DNA of 50,103 bases. Source: a virus. The position numbers and the translations under genes were made by a program. Below the pieces are notes generated by a model. The model had not been told where the DNA came from. It was given only the letters and a program-made list of their open reading frames with translations, and ran no database searches. Below are positions 37,358 to 45,718 of the stretch, one piece after another (position 1 is the first letter of the stretch; the number at the start of each line of letters is the position of its first letter). Location of the stretch: the UHGV virus genome UHGV-0211888; one strand, given 5' to 3'.

Positions 37358-39097
37358 TTAGCCAGCAAGTTTCTCTTCAAAAGAAATAGCAGAATAAGGA
37401 ACAACTAATGCTCCAGAGCAACGAGTTTCGATGAGATACTTTTGCTTGTTGAAATCAATATCAAAGTCATCAAACATAGAAACTTGACCACCCTTATCAG
37501 CACCAACATTATAGTCAGAAAGATTGACAAGAATACCAAGCAAGGCAAAGTTGTTAGCACCAACAGTTCTAGTATGACCTTCAAAGACAGGGACTGTAAC
37601 AATCTTAGAAACTCTTAAAGCAGTAGCAAGTTTGTCGACAGAGTCATAGATAACTCTTCCTGTCTTGTCTTCCATCAAGAGCATATTGGTGAGCATATCT
37701 TCAGATGTGTAAAGAACAGGATTTCCGGAACCTTTATATTCCTTACGAGACTTGATAACGTCATGAATAAATTTCTTAGCAAAGGTATCATCAGTATCTT
37801 CAGCAACTCTTTCAAGAGTTCTACTAACAGTATAGGTAGGATCATCACCAAGAATAGGACGAATATTAGAGGTATTGATATGATCATTATCAGAAGCAGA
37901 ACGTCCATCACCAATAAGGATAGCACGAGCCAATTCCTCATCAAGCATGACTCTCATTTCAGACTTTAACCAAGCAACGACATCGAAATCAGTAATATCA
38001 ATAACATCATCACGATCCATAGCTTGAAGCTTGTAAATAGTAGTAGGAGTGGTAGTTCTCTTCAAAGCAACGATAACTTCCTCGACTTTTTGCTTACCTT
38101 TAATGTAACCTTTGGCACGAGCAGCATCAGCAGTAATATTGGCATAAGTAGACTTAATTCTGGAGAAAGGAGTATGTTTGACACCACTCATAACTCCCTT
38201 GACCCAATCCATCTCACGAGAGACGAAGTAAGGTTCCTTATTGACAGCTTGAACTTCAGGGAACAAATTCTCGACATTAGTAATACCGTGCTCCAAGAAA
38301 GATTCCTTCATAGAACCATACTTCTTGGCATCGGAAACGATTTCCGAGAATTCGGCATGAGAAAGTTCTTCGGTTTTCTTCTCTTCTTTGTTTTGATTTT
38401 CAAATGCATTGTGTTTCATATCTTTATTATCCTCCTCGGCAGACTCAGCATCTCCATTCTTAGCATCTTCAATAGCCTGACCAACAATAGCAAACATCGC
38501 CTTTTTTTGCTTATCGGTCATTGTATTGATAACATCTTCAATAGTCTCTTCACTGTCGTCGGTTTCATCGGCAGCTTGAATCTTCTTTTCTTCTTCAGCC
38601 ATTTGTTTTTCCTCCTTTGTGTCATTATCGGCATGACTTAATTCAAGCCCTTCACTTGAATTCCAAATATAAGCCTCTTCCTCATTAGGTTCTGATTCGC
38701 CATGAGAGATGACATTCTCAATATAGGCACCAGGATTTGCACCTGCAAGAACGAGACTTACTTCTCGAATAGCACCATGAACGACATCATTGCCATTCTG
38801 TTTTAACTTATTGGCATAAATAGATAAAGCACAAATGTCACCATGCTGGACAAGTGCTTTAGCATTTCTGCCTTGAGGTGTATCATTAAAGGAACAATAT
38901 GCATAAACGCCACTGTCACGATCTTCTAGAAGAGCATGACCAAGGACATTGTCTGCATCCGTGTGATTGTGATTCCAGACAAGAGGAACCGTTGCACCAT
39001 TGTTTTCTTTAAAAGCACCCTTTAGGATTGTTCTACCATCGGAACAAGGAATTCCGAATCTAGTAGCCCATCCTGCAAAATCATATTTTTTGTCCAT
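37358..39097 (-). CDS. Prohead protease (HK97 U35/S78-like) - acidic scaffold-like linker - major capsid domain fusion, 579 aa.
   Basis: The N-terminal VPLVWNHNHTDADNVLGH ... ICALSIYAN...GAIREVSLVLAGANPGA matches the U35 hallmark E-V-S-L-V..PA. It is followed by an E/K-rich coiled region, then the ~330-aa domain shared with 33215..35317. Confidence 0.6.
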   Translation of the reverse strand: MDKKYDFAGWATRFGIPCSDGRTILKGAFKENNGATVPLVWNHNHTDADNVLGHALLEDRDSGVYAYCSFNDTPQGRNAKALVQHGDICALSIYANKLKQNGNDVVHGAIREVSLVLAGANPGAYIENVISHGESEPNEEEAYIWNSSEGLELSHADNDTKEEKQMAEEEKKIQAADETDDSEETIEDVINTMTDKQKKAMFAIVGQAIEDAKNGDAESAEEDNKDMKHNAFENQNKEEKKTEELSHAEFSEIVSDAKKYGSMKESFLEHGITNVENLFPEVQAVNKEPYFVSREMDWVKGVMSGVKHTPFSRIKSTYANITADAARAKGYIKGKQKVEEVIVALKRTTTPTTIYKLQAMDRDDVIDITDFDVVAWLKSEMRVMLDEELARAILIGDGRSASDNDHINTSNIRPILGDDPTYTVSRTLERVAEDTDDTFAKKFIHDVIKSRKEYKGSGNPVLYTSEDMLTNMLLMEDKTGRVIYDSVDKLATALRVSKIVTVPVFEGHTRTVGANNFALLGILVNLSDYNVGADKGGQVSMFDDFDIDFNKQKYLIETRCSGALVVPYSAISFEEKLAG

Positions 39098-39111
39098 TTT
39101 GAATTTCTCCT

Positions 39112-40437
39112 TTAATTAAAATCTTGAATGTCAGGCAAATCAGAAATCTTAGTTGCAGCACTTACTCCTTGCTGGGAAGTATCTGCATCGTTGGTTCCAC
39201 TGTCCCCATTCTCTTCTGTTGTATTAGGAAAAGTTCCATTCTCAGGAGCATTAAGATTCTTATTACGCAATTCATCTGCTTTAGGATCGTTTATAGGCTT
39301 AAGACCAATAATCTGTCTGATCTCGTTTGAAGACATAATTTCATTTCTAGTGAATTTGTCTGCAATGTCAGCAAGATTACTAACCGGCATAAGTTTAAAT
39401 GGATCATTAAAGAACATAATATCTTGGCCTTGAGAACGTGCTGTCTGAGTCAAGAATTTCCTTTTCATTTCTTCAACAATAGCCGAAACAACAGGAGTAA
39501 CTGTTCGGTTCATATAATTTAGCATAGTCTTTTCGTCTGCTGTACCATCTAATACCGCCTGAGTGATTCCCAACTGGCTGTAAAGCATACTCGTCAGGTA
39601 TTCAATCTGGTTCATTAGATTATTATCAATAGAACGATTCAACTGTGTTATCTTTTCTGTACCGTCAGTATAGGCAATGCCGTACTTTGAATCAACCAAC
39701 TGATTCTCGATCTCTTTACGCCTACTCTCTGCTTGCTCCTTTCGTGTCTGAGTCTTTACCACATAAGGTAATTGAATAATCAAATTAAGTTTTCCAGAAC
39801 CGGATTGTTCATCAATTGCATCGAGAATATTTAGTTTCCTAATTAGACGTTGAAGTACTGAATTTCTTTCATTCATTATAGAATATAAAGGGTTCTCAAC
39901 GATTGCAACATCCTTCTTGGGCATTAAAATATTTTCACGATTACCAGTCCTATCATTATATACATTAACCTGTATATAATCAGGATACCAAGTGATTATT
40001 CGTCCGGTTCGCATTGTTTGTATATCGTAGGCACTAGTTTTATTAATATTTAGTGTTGTATCTATTGGTACAATAGCAATGCATCCCTCATCGAATAATG
40101 ATTCTACGATATCCTGAATAAATGCTTTCGATGCCTGATCCTTATTAGCTTCGATTGTAAGACAATGGTTAAGATCAGAGTTGATAGTCTCAGAATATCT
40201 TCCGTTGTCATCTAATTTTACATGCTTAATATCTACTCGGGAACAATCCACCGCAATTCTGTTATAAACAGCTGTGACAATAGATCTTTCGTTCCCTCTA
40301 GTAAAATATAAACGATCCGGACGATATGTGCTAGACAATCCTAAGTTGTAACTTGGGGCTGTATACAGTTCATCTTTGTCGTTTGCTGTAAATGCATTCC
40401 ATGCATGTTTTAGTCTATCAAAGAGACCCATATGCAC
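39112..40437 (-). CDS. Portal protein (441 aa).
   Basis: Immediately downstream of the large terminase. Its size and acidic C-terminal tail are typical of SPP1/HK97-type portals. Confidence 0.7.
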   Translation of the reverse strand: MHMGLFDRLKHAWNAFTANDKDELYTAPSYNLGLSSTYRPDRLYFTRGNERSIVTAVYNRIAVDCSRVDIKHVKLDDNGRYSETINSDLNHCLTIEANKDQASKAFIQDIVESLFDEGCIAIVPIDTTLNINKTSAYDIQTMRTGRIITWYPDYIQVNVYNDRTGNRENILMPKKDVAIVENPLYSIMNERNSVLQRLIRKLNILDAIDEQSGSGKLNLIIQLPYVVKTQTRKEQAESRRKEIENQLVDSKYGIAYTDGTEKITQLNRSIDNNLMNQIEYLTSMLYSQLGITQAVLDGTADEKTMLNYMNRTVTPVVSAIVEEMKRKFLTQTARSQGQDIMFFNDPFKLMPVSNLADIADKFTRNEIMSSNEIRQIIGLKPINDPKADELRNKNLNAPENGTFPNTTEENGDSGTNDADTSQQGVSAATKISDLPDIQDFN

Positions 40438-40458
40438 ACCTCCTTTTTATGCCATATT

Positions 40459-42204
40459 TCATTCGAATGCCTCCTTATTCTGCTTGTAAGCCACGAAGGC
40501 ATCCAACATGGCTGCTACATTATCAATTTTAGCATCGCGTCTTACTTTGTATAATTTTCTATTTCCATTGGTATCTTCCAAAGCTATACAATTACCCATA
40601 GCAAAAGTCATGAGTGATTGATCAAACTGTAAGAGCTTATTCTCGGCTAGCTTTTTAAGCTCTCCAAGAGGAACACTTTCAGTTTTGGATCCTTGTATAA
40701 CTTTAACGATACCATATGGTCCATTTTCTGTTTGCCATCTATCTACAAATTCTTTAGCGTTATAAGGATCGTATCCGAATGATCGAATGTCATACTTGCA
40801 ATCTGAAATATACTTATCCAGATCATCATAGACGTTCATCATATCAAGAATAGTTCCATCAAATACCATTAAAGATCCTTCAGTTATAAAATCTTCATAC
40901 TTTAAACGCATAGCCATAGGCAATTTATGCAAAGTATTTGATGTAATATAACTTCGAACCTTGATGCCAAACGAACCATCTGACAATGGGAACATAAATG
41001 TAAAAGCACAGAAATCATCACCTTGAGAAAGATCCGCTCCGAGTGCACAAGGCAAACCCCAGTAATCTCTTTTCCTTCCGGCTAGTGTTTCTTCATATGT
41101 AAAGTAATAAGTATAACCTTCCATAGGTATACCAAAACGCTTTGCCAAAATGTCATTCCTTGTCGCTGGAGCTTTTTCAGCTCTTTCTACATCTAGCTGA
41201 TAAGCTTCATAAGAAACAGTCTTTCCAATATTAGGATTAGCCTTAATCCACATTTCAGGATTACCAACTTCATTAATATTGTCAAGTTTATAATACCAGA
41301 TGGATACATGCGGGTTAACGTAATCACCTTTTAAGATGTCCATTAGCTCCATTTTGATTGTATCACCTGATCCGTTTCTTACAGTACCCTCAGAAGATAT
41401 GGCGACAATAAGATAATCATCAACTTTGGAAGCACCTTGTTCGATTGCTCCGACGACATCCTCTCGGACATCGCCAGAAAGCCATTCATCAATTGTAGCA
41501 ACCTTTACTCTTAAACCTTGAAGTTTGTCTATTCGCATTGGACGAATCTCTAGTAAGGAACCAGTCAGAAAGTTTTCGATACCTTTCTTTGTAGATGCAA
41601 GTTTTACCCTATTAGCTTTGGATCCAGTAGTATTCTGCAACGAACCTTCTGTCAAAAACTTAAACAGAGGACCTCTTGCTCTAGAAATGGATGTTCTAAT
41701 AGGAGACATAACTTCATCTGCTTGCTTCATGGTTGGAGCAGTACAAATCTGGTAAGTAGTTGTAGTATCAATATTAAGAAAATAACTTTGTATACAACTA
41801 CCATACATAGATTTTGCACCACCTCTTCCGAGAATAATATACTGCTTATTGACAAGACGCTTTTTAATATATCGCTTTTCGTAATGTCCTTTACCATTGT
41901 CACCATCTGGTATGAAGACGCTCCTTTCAAGAAAGTAATACCATCCAAATACTTCTTCAGCCCATAATTTAAATGAGTCAAGAAGTTTAAGATCAGAACC
42001 ATCGGTTAATGTCAATTCATTTTCACAATATTTTATGAAACCTTCAACTGCTTGGTCGTCATAATATACACCTGGATTGGCTATTAACTGATCAATCCGA
42101 TTCATCTCCATAGAGATTTCTTTACAGACTGGAAGTTGTCCATTTATGACCGCCTCTCTAAAACGGCCATAGTATTTAGGCACAGCCGTATTAGATAATG
42201 CCAT
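40459..42204 (-). CDS. Terminase large subunit (581 aa).
   Basis: Walker A-like ILGRGGAKS, a Walker B/coupling region VATIDEW, and a C-terminal RNaseH-like nuclease region with conserved acidic residues (YDPYNAKEF ... DNVAAMLDAF). Confidence 0.85.
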   Translation of the reverse strand: MALSNTAVPKYYGRFREAVINGQLPVCKEISMEMNRIDQLIANPGVYYDDQAVEGFIKYCENELTLTDGSDLKLLDSFKLWAEEVFGWYYFLERSVFIPDGDNGKGHYEKRYIKKRLVNKQYIILGRGGAKSMYGSCIQSYFLNIDTTTTYQICTAPTMKQADEVMSPIRTSISRARGPLFKFLTEGSLQNTTGSKANRVKLASTKKGIENFLTGSLLEIRPMRIDKLQGLRVKVATIDEWLSGDVREDVVGAIEQGASKVDDYLIVAISSEGTVRNGSGDTIKMELMDILKGDYVNPHVSIWYYKLDNINEVGNPEMWIKANPNIGKTVSYEAYQLDVERAEKAPATRNDILAKRFGIPMEGYTYYFTYEETLAGRKRDYWGLPCALGADLSQGDDFCAFTFMFPLSDGSFGIKVRSYITSNTLHKLPMAMRLKYEDFITEGSLMVFDGTILDMMNVYDDLDKYISDCKYDIRSFGYDPYNAKEFVDRWQTENGPYGIVKVIQGSKTESVPLGELKKLAENKLLQFDQSLMTFAMGNCIALEDTNGNRKLYKVRRDAKIDNVAAMLDAFVAYKQNKEAFE

Positions 42205-42212
42205 TTTGAATT

Positions 42213-43475
42213 TTACCTACGTTTCTTTTCAGTAGAGACGGGGAGTTTTCCTGTCTTCTTATAATAGTCAAATGCTTTCTGATTCGAAACTTCATTCATC
42301 TGTTGATTAACAACATAGTCGTTTTCTTTTTGTTTATTTTTAGTGAGTTTTTTAGCGACAGCACCTCCAATAAATCCTAAACTAGATGCTAGACCGATAG
42401 CTTTAGCCCAATTTATTCCACGTTTAAATTCATTGGTGTTAACTATTTTCCCAGTCTTTTTGTTCAACTTATTTTTGAATTTAAAGGAGTAGTCTGTAAA
42501 CCACTTATGGCCGGTCATCACTCCATGAGAACTAATTTTGGTCCCGGATAAATTTTTACCAATACGAAAACTGGAGTGATCTCCTTTGGGGCCAACAATG
42601 TTAGCAGCTCTGCTTTTTCCATACTTTTTGTCAAGAATAAGATTCACTGCATGAGCTCCTGCAACAACAGCGGCAGCAGCACCGATACCAATAGCAGTAC
42701 CGGTAGCAATTTTTCTAGCCTTATCATGCTGCTTATCTTTTTTGTATAAAGATCTTCCTTGCGGAGACATATTGCCTTGACGGTCGACTCCATAACGAAT
42801 CAAACCCTCATCAGTAAGAGAGCCATCGGGGTTCTGATAACGACGAATGCCCCACTTTTGACCTTTAACTCCATAGTGGTATAGTTCGTCAGAAAACTCA
42901 TCAGAATGTTTAGCAGAATCTTTATCTTTCTTGTCATTCTTACTTTTATCGATCTGACTTTGAACCTGAACATTCGGAATATTAACTGCATTAAATAGAT
43001 TAGGTAAAGTACCAGCACCGACCACTAATGACGCAATAGCTGCATTGGCCGCCATCTCACCAGCACGTACTTTTTTACCTTTTACCTTATTATATAATGC
43101 TGAAATTCCATAAGTTGCAGCAAAGGTTGCACCTGTAGAAATTAGGGAGGATAAGGCCGCCTTTTTAATAGCTGATCTCTTTTGTTGACTTCTTTTCTCC
43201 GGTGTAGAAACATCTTGGAGTCGCTTGTAGTTGTATTCGGCGTTAAGTCGATTAGACGACCTAATAAGGTCATCAGTTGACATCTTCTCAGGATCCTTAT
43301 AAGTTCCACTGTCATTGTACCTCGCTTTGCCTGCTTCAGTTAAAGTTCCGTCTTTGTTCTGATAATTACGAACTCCCCACTTTTGACCTTTAGTGCCATA
43401 GTGGTAAAGTTCATCATCTGAATTGGAAAGAAATTTATCTAAATAATTCTTTCCGATAGTAGTTTCATTTTTCAT
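42213..43475 (-). CDS. Hypothetical protein with two copies of a YHYG(T/V)KGQKWG(V/I)R.YQN.DG(T/S)LT(E/D) motif module, each followed by an Ala/Gly-rich hydrophobic segment (420 aa).
   Basis: ELYHYGTKGQKWGVRNYQNKDGTLTEAG and ELYHYGVKGQKWGIRRYQNPDGSLTDEG. Hydrophobic segments ALSSLISTGATFAATYGISALY and ATGTAIGIGAAAAVVAGAHAV. Confidence 0.45.
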   Translation of the reverse strand: MKNETTIGKNYLDKFLSNSDDELYHYGTKGQKWGVRNYQNKDGTLTEAGKARYNDSGTYKDPEKMSTDDLIRSSNRLNAEYNYKRLQDVSTPEKRSQQKRSAIKKAALSSLISTGATFAATYGISALYNKVKGKKVRAGEMAANAAIASLVVGAGTLPNLFNAVNIPNVQVQSQIDKSKNDKKDKDSAKHSDEFSDELYHYGVKGQKWGIRRYQNPDGSLTDEGLIRYGVDRQGNMSPQGRSLYKKDKQHDKARKIATGTAIGIGAAAAVVAGAHAVNLILDKKYGKSRAANIVGPKGDHSSFRIGKNLSGTKISSHGVMTGHKWFTDYSFKFKNKLNKKTGKIVNTNEFKRGINWAKAIGLASSLGFIGGAVAKKLTKNKQKENDYVVNQQMNEVSNQKAFDYYKKTGKLPVSTEKKRR

Positions 43476-43493
43476 TTTGAATTTTACCTCCTA

Positions 43494-43955
43494 TTATTTA
43501 GGTCTTTTAAAAGTCGCTGTGAATCCTTTGCCAAGAAGCTTAGCAACAGAATTAGACCCTGTTTGAAGAAGAGCAGCATTAACATCCTTTACACGAATAG
43601 TTTCAAATGCTTTTCTTGTTTCTGCTGCTTTCTTACCAGCAAGAACACGTTTGCCATGCTCTTTTCTTTTTGTAAGATACCAAGCCAATCCAGCTGCCGA
43701 TGCAGCAGTTGCTGCCAATCCAACGCCGATCGCAGTATTTCGTTTAAGTTTGTCTGATCGGGTAGTCATGTCTTTATCAAAATTTGCTCGTTGAGAAGGA
43801 GACATTTCTTGATAAGAATTGGCACCGTATCTTGCACGTCCTTCTTCCGTCAAGGTGCCATCTGCGTTTTGGTATCTTCTGATACCCCATTTCATTCCTT
43901 TAACTCCAGAATGATACAATTTACTATCCATTGGTTTATCCTCCTTTCTCTGCAA
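43494..43955 (-). CDS. Hypothetical protein with one copy of the same motif module (153 aa).
   Basis: SKLYHSGVKGMKWGIRRYQNADGTLTEEG ... AIGVGLAATAASAAGLAWYL. Confidence 0.45.
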   Translation of the reverse strand: MQRKEDKPMDSKLYHSGVKGMKWGIRRYQNADGTLTEEGRARYGANSYQEMSPSQRANFDKDMTTRSDKLKRNTAIGVGLAATAASAAGLAWYLTKRKEHGKRVLAGKKAAETRKAFETIRVKDVNAALLQTGSNSVAKLLGKGFTATFKRPK

Positions 43956-44304
43956 GAATTCGTTCTTGATCTTTAACTACATACATTCTCCATTCAAGTT
44001 CTGCAGCTTGTTTTTCGTAAGATGCAAGAACAACCGAGGAAGATGGAGGATCAAACAACAACTTCACCTTTAGGAAAATATATGATTTAATATTCTCTAA
44101 AAGTTTATTGTCTGATATAATATCAGTCCATGTACTTGTCTCAGTGCATCTGAAACCATCTTGTGGGCCGACACCCATTTGAATAAGATTAGCAATAACT
44201 GTGTTAATATGCATTAAAATATCTGCATCAAAGAAATCATATTCTGTAATTCCGAGAAATTTCTTTACAGAATTGAGAACGATGTCTGTATATTTCGAGT
44301 CCAT
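43936..44304 (-). CDS. Hypothetical protein (122 aa).
   Basis: ORF only. Confidence 0.35.
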   Translation of the reverse strand: MDSKYTDIVLNSVKKFLGITEYDFFDADILMHINTVIANLIQMGVGPQDGFRCTETSTWTDIISDNKLLENIKSYIFLKVKLLFDPPSSSVVLASYEKQAAELEWRMYVVKDQERILAEKGG

Positions 44305-44343
44305 TAGAAATTCCTCCTTTTTAGCTCATAACATGCCATATGG

Positions 44344-44802
44344 TTAACCTCCTTTTATCCATGGTGCCGTATCATTCGGCATACGTTCAGTGAATTTCTT
44401 TTTATCCAAATATCGTTCATCACCAAAATGAATAGCATCATGAGTTTCCTTAGAAACACAGATCAAATATTCGGGATTGAGCAAAAAATCAGAGGATTTG
44501 TCTATATCGTCAATAGTAATAGGATTCATGTGATGGACATATATCCTTCCTCCGATCTCTCGATCTTGAATTCCTAAATCGCAGCCATTATCTCTTACAA
44601 TAACAAAGTCTCTGATATGTTTCCATTCAACTGATCTGTAAAATTGCTGATTCAAATATCTGTCGAATCCGAATGTAGAATCTCCAACATTAGAAAAGCA
44701 CTCTAAATATCTAAAACGTTCTTCAAATGTAGGAAGTTGAATTAATTCTGTATAAGTTTTAATAACTTTTCTATTGGCCATTAGAATTTTCACCTCCATC
44801 AT
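44344..44802 (-). CDS. HNH endonuclease (packaging-associated).
   Basis: CDLG...YVHHMNPI...THDAIHF is an H-N-H pattern. It lies upstream of the terminase, as in cos-type phages. Confidence 0.75.
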   Translation of the reverse strand: MMEVKILMANRKVIKTYTELIQLPTFEERFRYLECFSNVGDSTFGFDRYLNQQFYRSVEWKHIRDFVIVRDNGCDLGIQDREIGGRIYVHHMNPITIDDIDKSSDFLLNPEYLICVSKETHDAIHFGDERYLDKKKFTERMPNDTAPWIKGG

Positions 44803-45130
44803 TTGGATCGTAACCAGAATATGAGCGCATAGCCTTCAAGGCATCTTCATAAAGCTCCTCAGTATGCTTAGCTGATTTAATTGCATCAATCTTTGCCTGA
44901 GTAAGTTCATTTTCTTTTGCAAGTTGCTCTCGTTCGAGCTGTTCTTTCACCGTAGCTAGCTTTAAAAAATGAGTTGTCTCTTGAGAAGAGGCAGTTCCGT
45001 TCTTTAATCGCTGTTCTACTAAGTCCATCGCCAATGAAATCATTTGGTTCTCTCTTGCTTCTGGAGTTAGAGCCGGTCTTGTTGGCTGAGTAACCTCAGA
45101 ACCAGAGATCACGGTTCTCTTTTTATACAT
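44771..45130 (-). CDS. Hypothetical protein (119 aa), possible terminase small subunit by position.
   Basis: First gene after the structured intergenic region, with an HTH-like N-terminal region. Weak call. Confidence 0.25.
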   Translation of the reverse strand: MYKKRTVISGSEVTQPTRPALTPEARENQMISLAMDLVEQRLKNGTASSQETTHFLKLATVKEQLEREQLAKENELTQAKIDAIKSAKHTEELYEDALKAMRSYSGYDPNDGGENSNGQ

Positions 45131-45454
45131 TTCTGTTCTCCTTTAAAGTAGATTAAATATAATTTTTATATAGTTTTGGTTAACTATTTGGAGGAGCGTA
45201 CTAACTTTTTCCATAGTTTCTTGACCCGATACCTAAGGAGAAAGCAGGAGGAAGATAAAACAATAAATCTTTCATGAACTAGTAGTACGCCCCTCCAAAC
45301 AGCTAACCCTCCGAGCAAAAACATTTATAAAAAATATCCCGCCGGAGAATTTTTTCAGAGCCACGCGATTCGAGGGGGTGCACATATTGCTATACCCTCC
45401 CCCGGGTCTGAAAAATGCTGTTTGAGGTCTATTTTATTGATATTTTAGGCCATT
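45131..45454. promoter_or_regulatory. GC-rich structured intergenic region. A 17-bp inverted repeat (45187-45203 / 45283-45299, one mismatch) has a 79-nt loop. A second imperfect stem is TTTTTCAGA...TCTGAAAAA (45350-45415), with an internal GGGGG/CCCCC pair.
   Basis: tttggaggagcgtacta pairs with tagtacgcccctccaaa. Local GC is far above the rest of the genome. The region sits between the early block and the packaging block. Confidence 0.55.
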
Positions 45455-45715
45455 TTATTGACTTTTTTGTACAATTTTGTACTCGATGATGTTACCATCT
45501 TTCGAAATTGCACCTGTTTGCATCATGACTTTCATAGATCTCTCTATAGATTCTTTATTTTCTTCATCAGATAGTGAATCTGAAGTGATTGCAAGCGAAG
45601 CAAGTCTTTCGCAAGTGTTGTAACCTTTCTGAACGTCGAACGAAAGCCAATTGTCCCAATCAGTAAAGGGATTCCAAGGGTTATCAACAGTGGTAATTAA
45701 TGTTTGATTTGCCAT
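45455..45715 (-). CDS. Hypothetical protein (86 aa).
   Basis: ORF downstream of the RNAP-like gene. Confidence 0.4.
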   Translation of the reverse strand: MANQTLITTVDNPWNPFTDWDNWLSFDVQKGYNTCERLASLAITSDSLSDEENKESIERSMKVMMQTGAISKDGNIIEYKIVQKSQ

Positions 45716-45718
45716 AGT

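Noticed and set aside
45131-45454. Possible tRNA or tRNA fragment (attP-like) in the GC-rich intergenic region.
   Set aside because: I looked for GTTCGAATC-type T-loops and a cloverleaf on both strands. Only TCGAATC without a complementary T-stem is present, and there is no acceptor stem. There is also no integrase in the genome.
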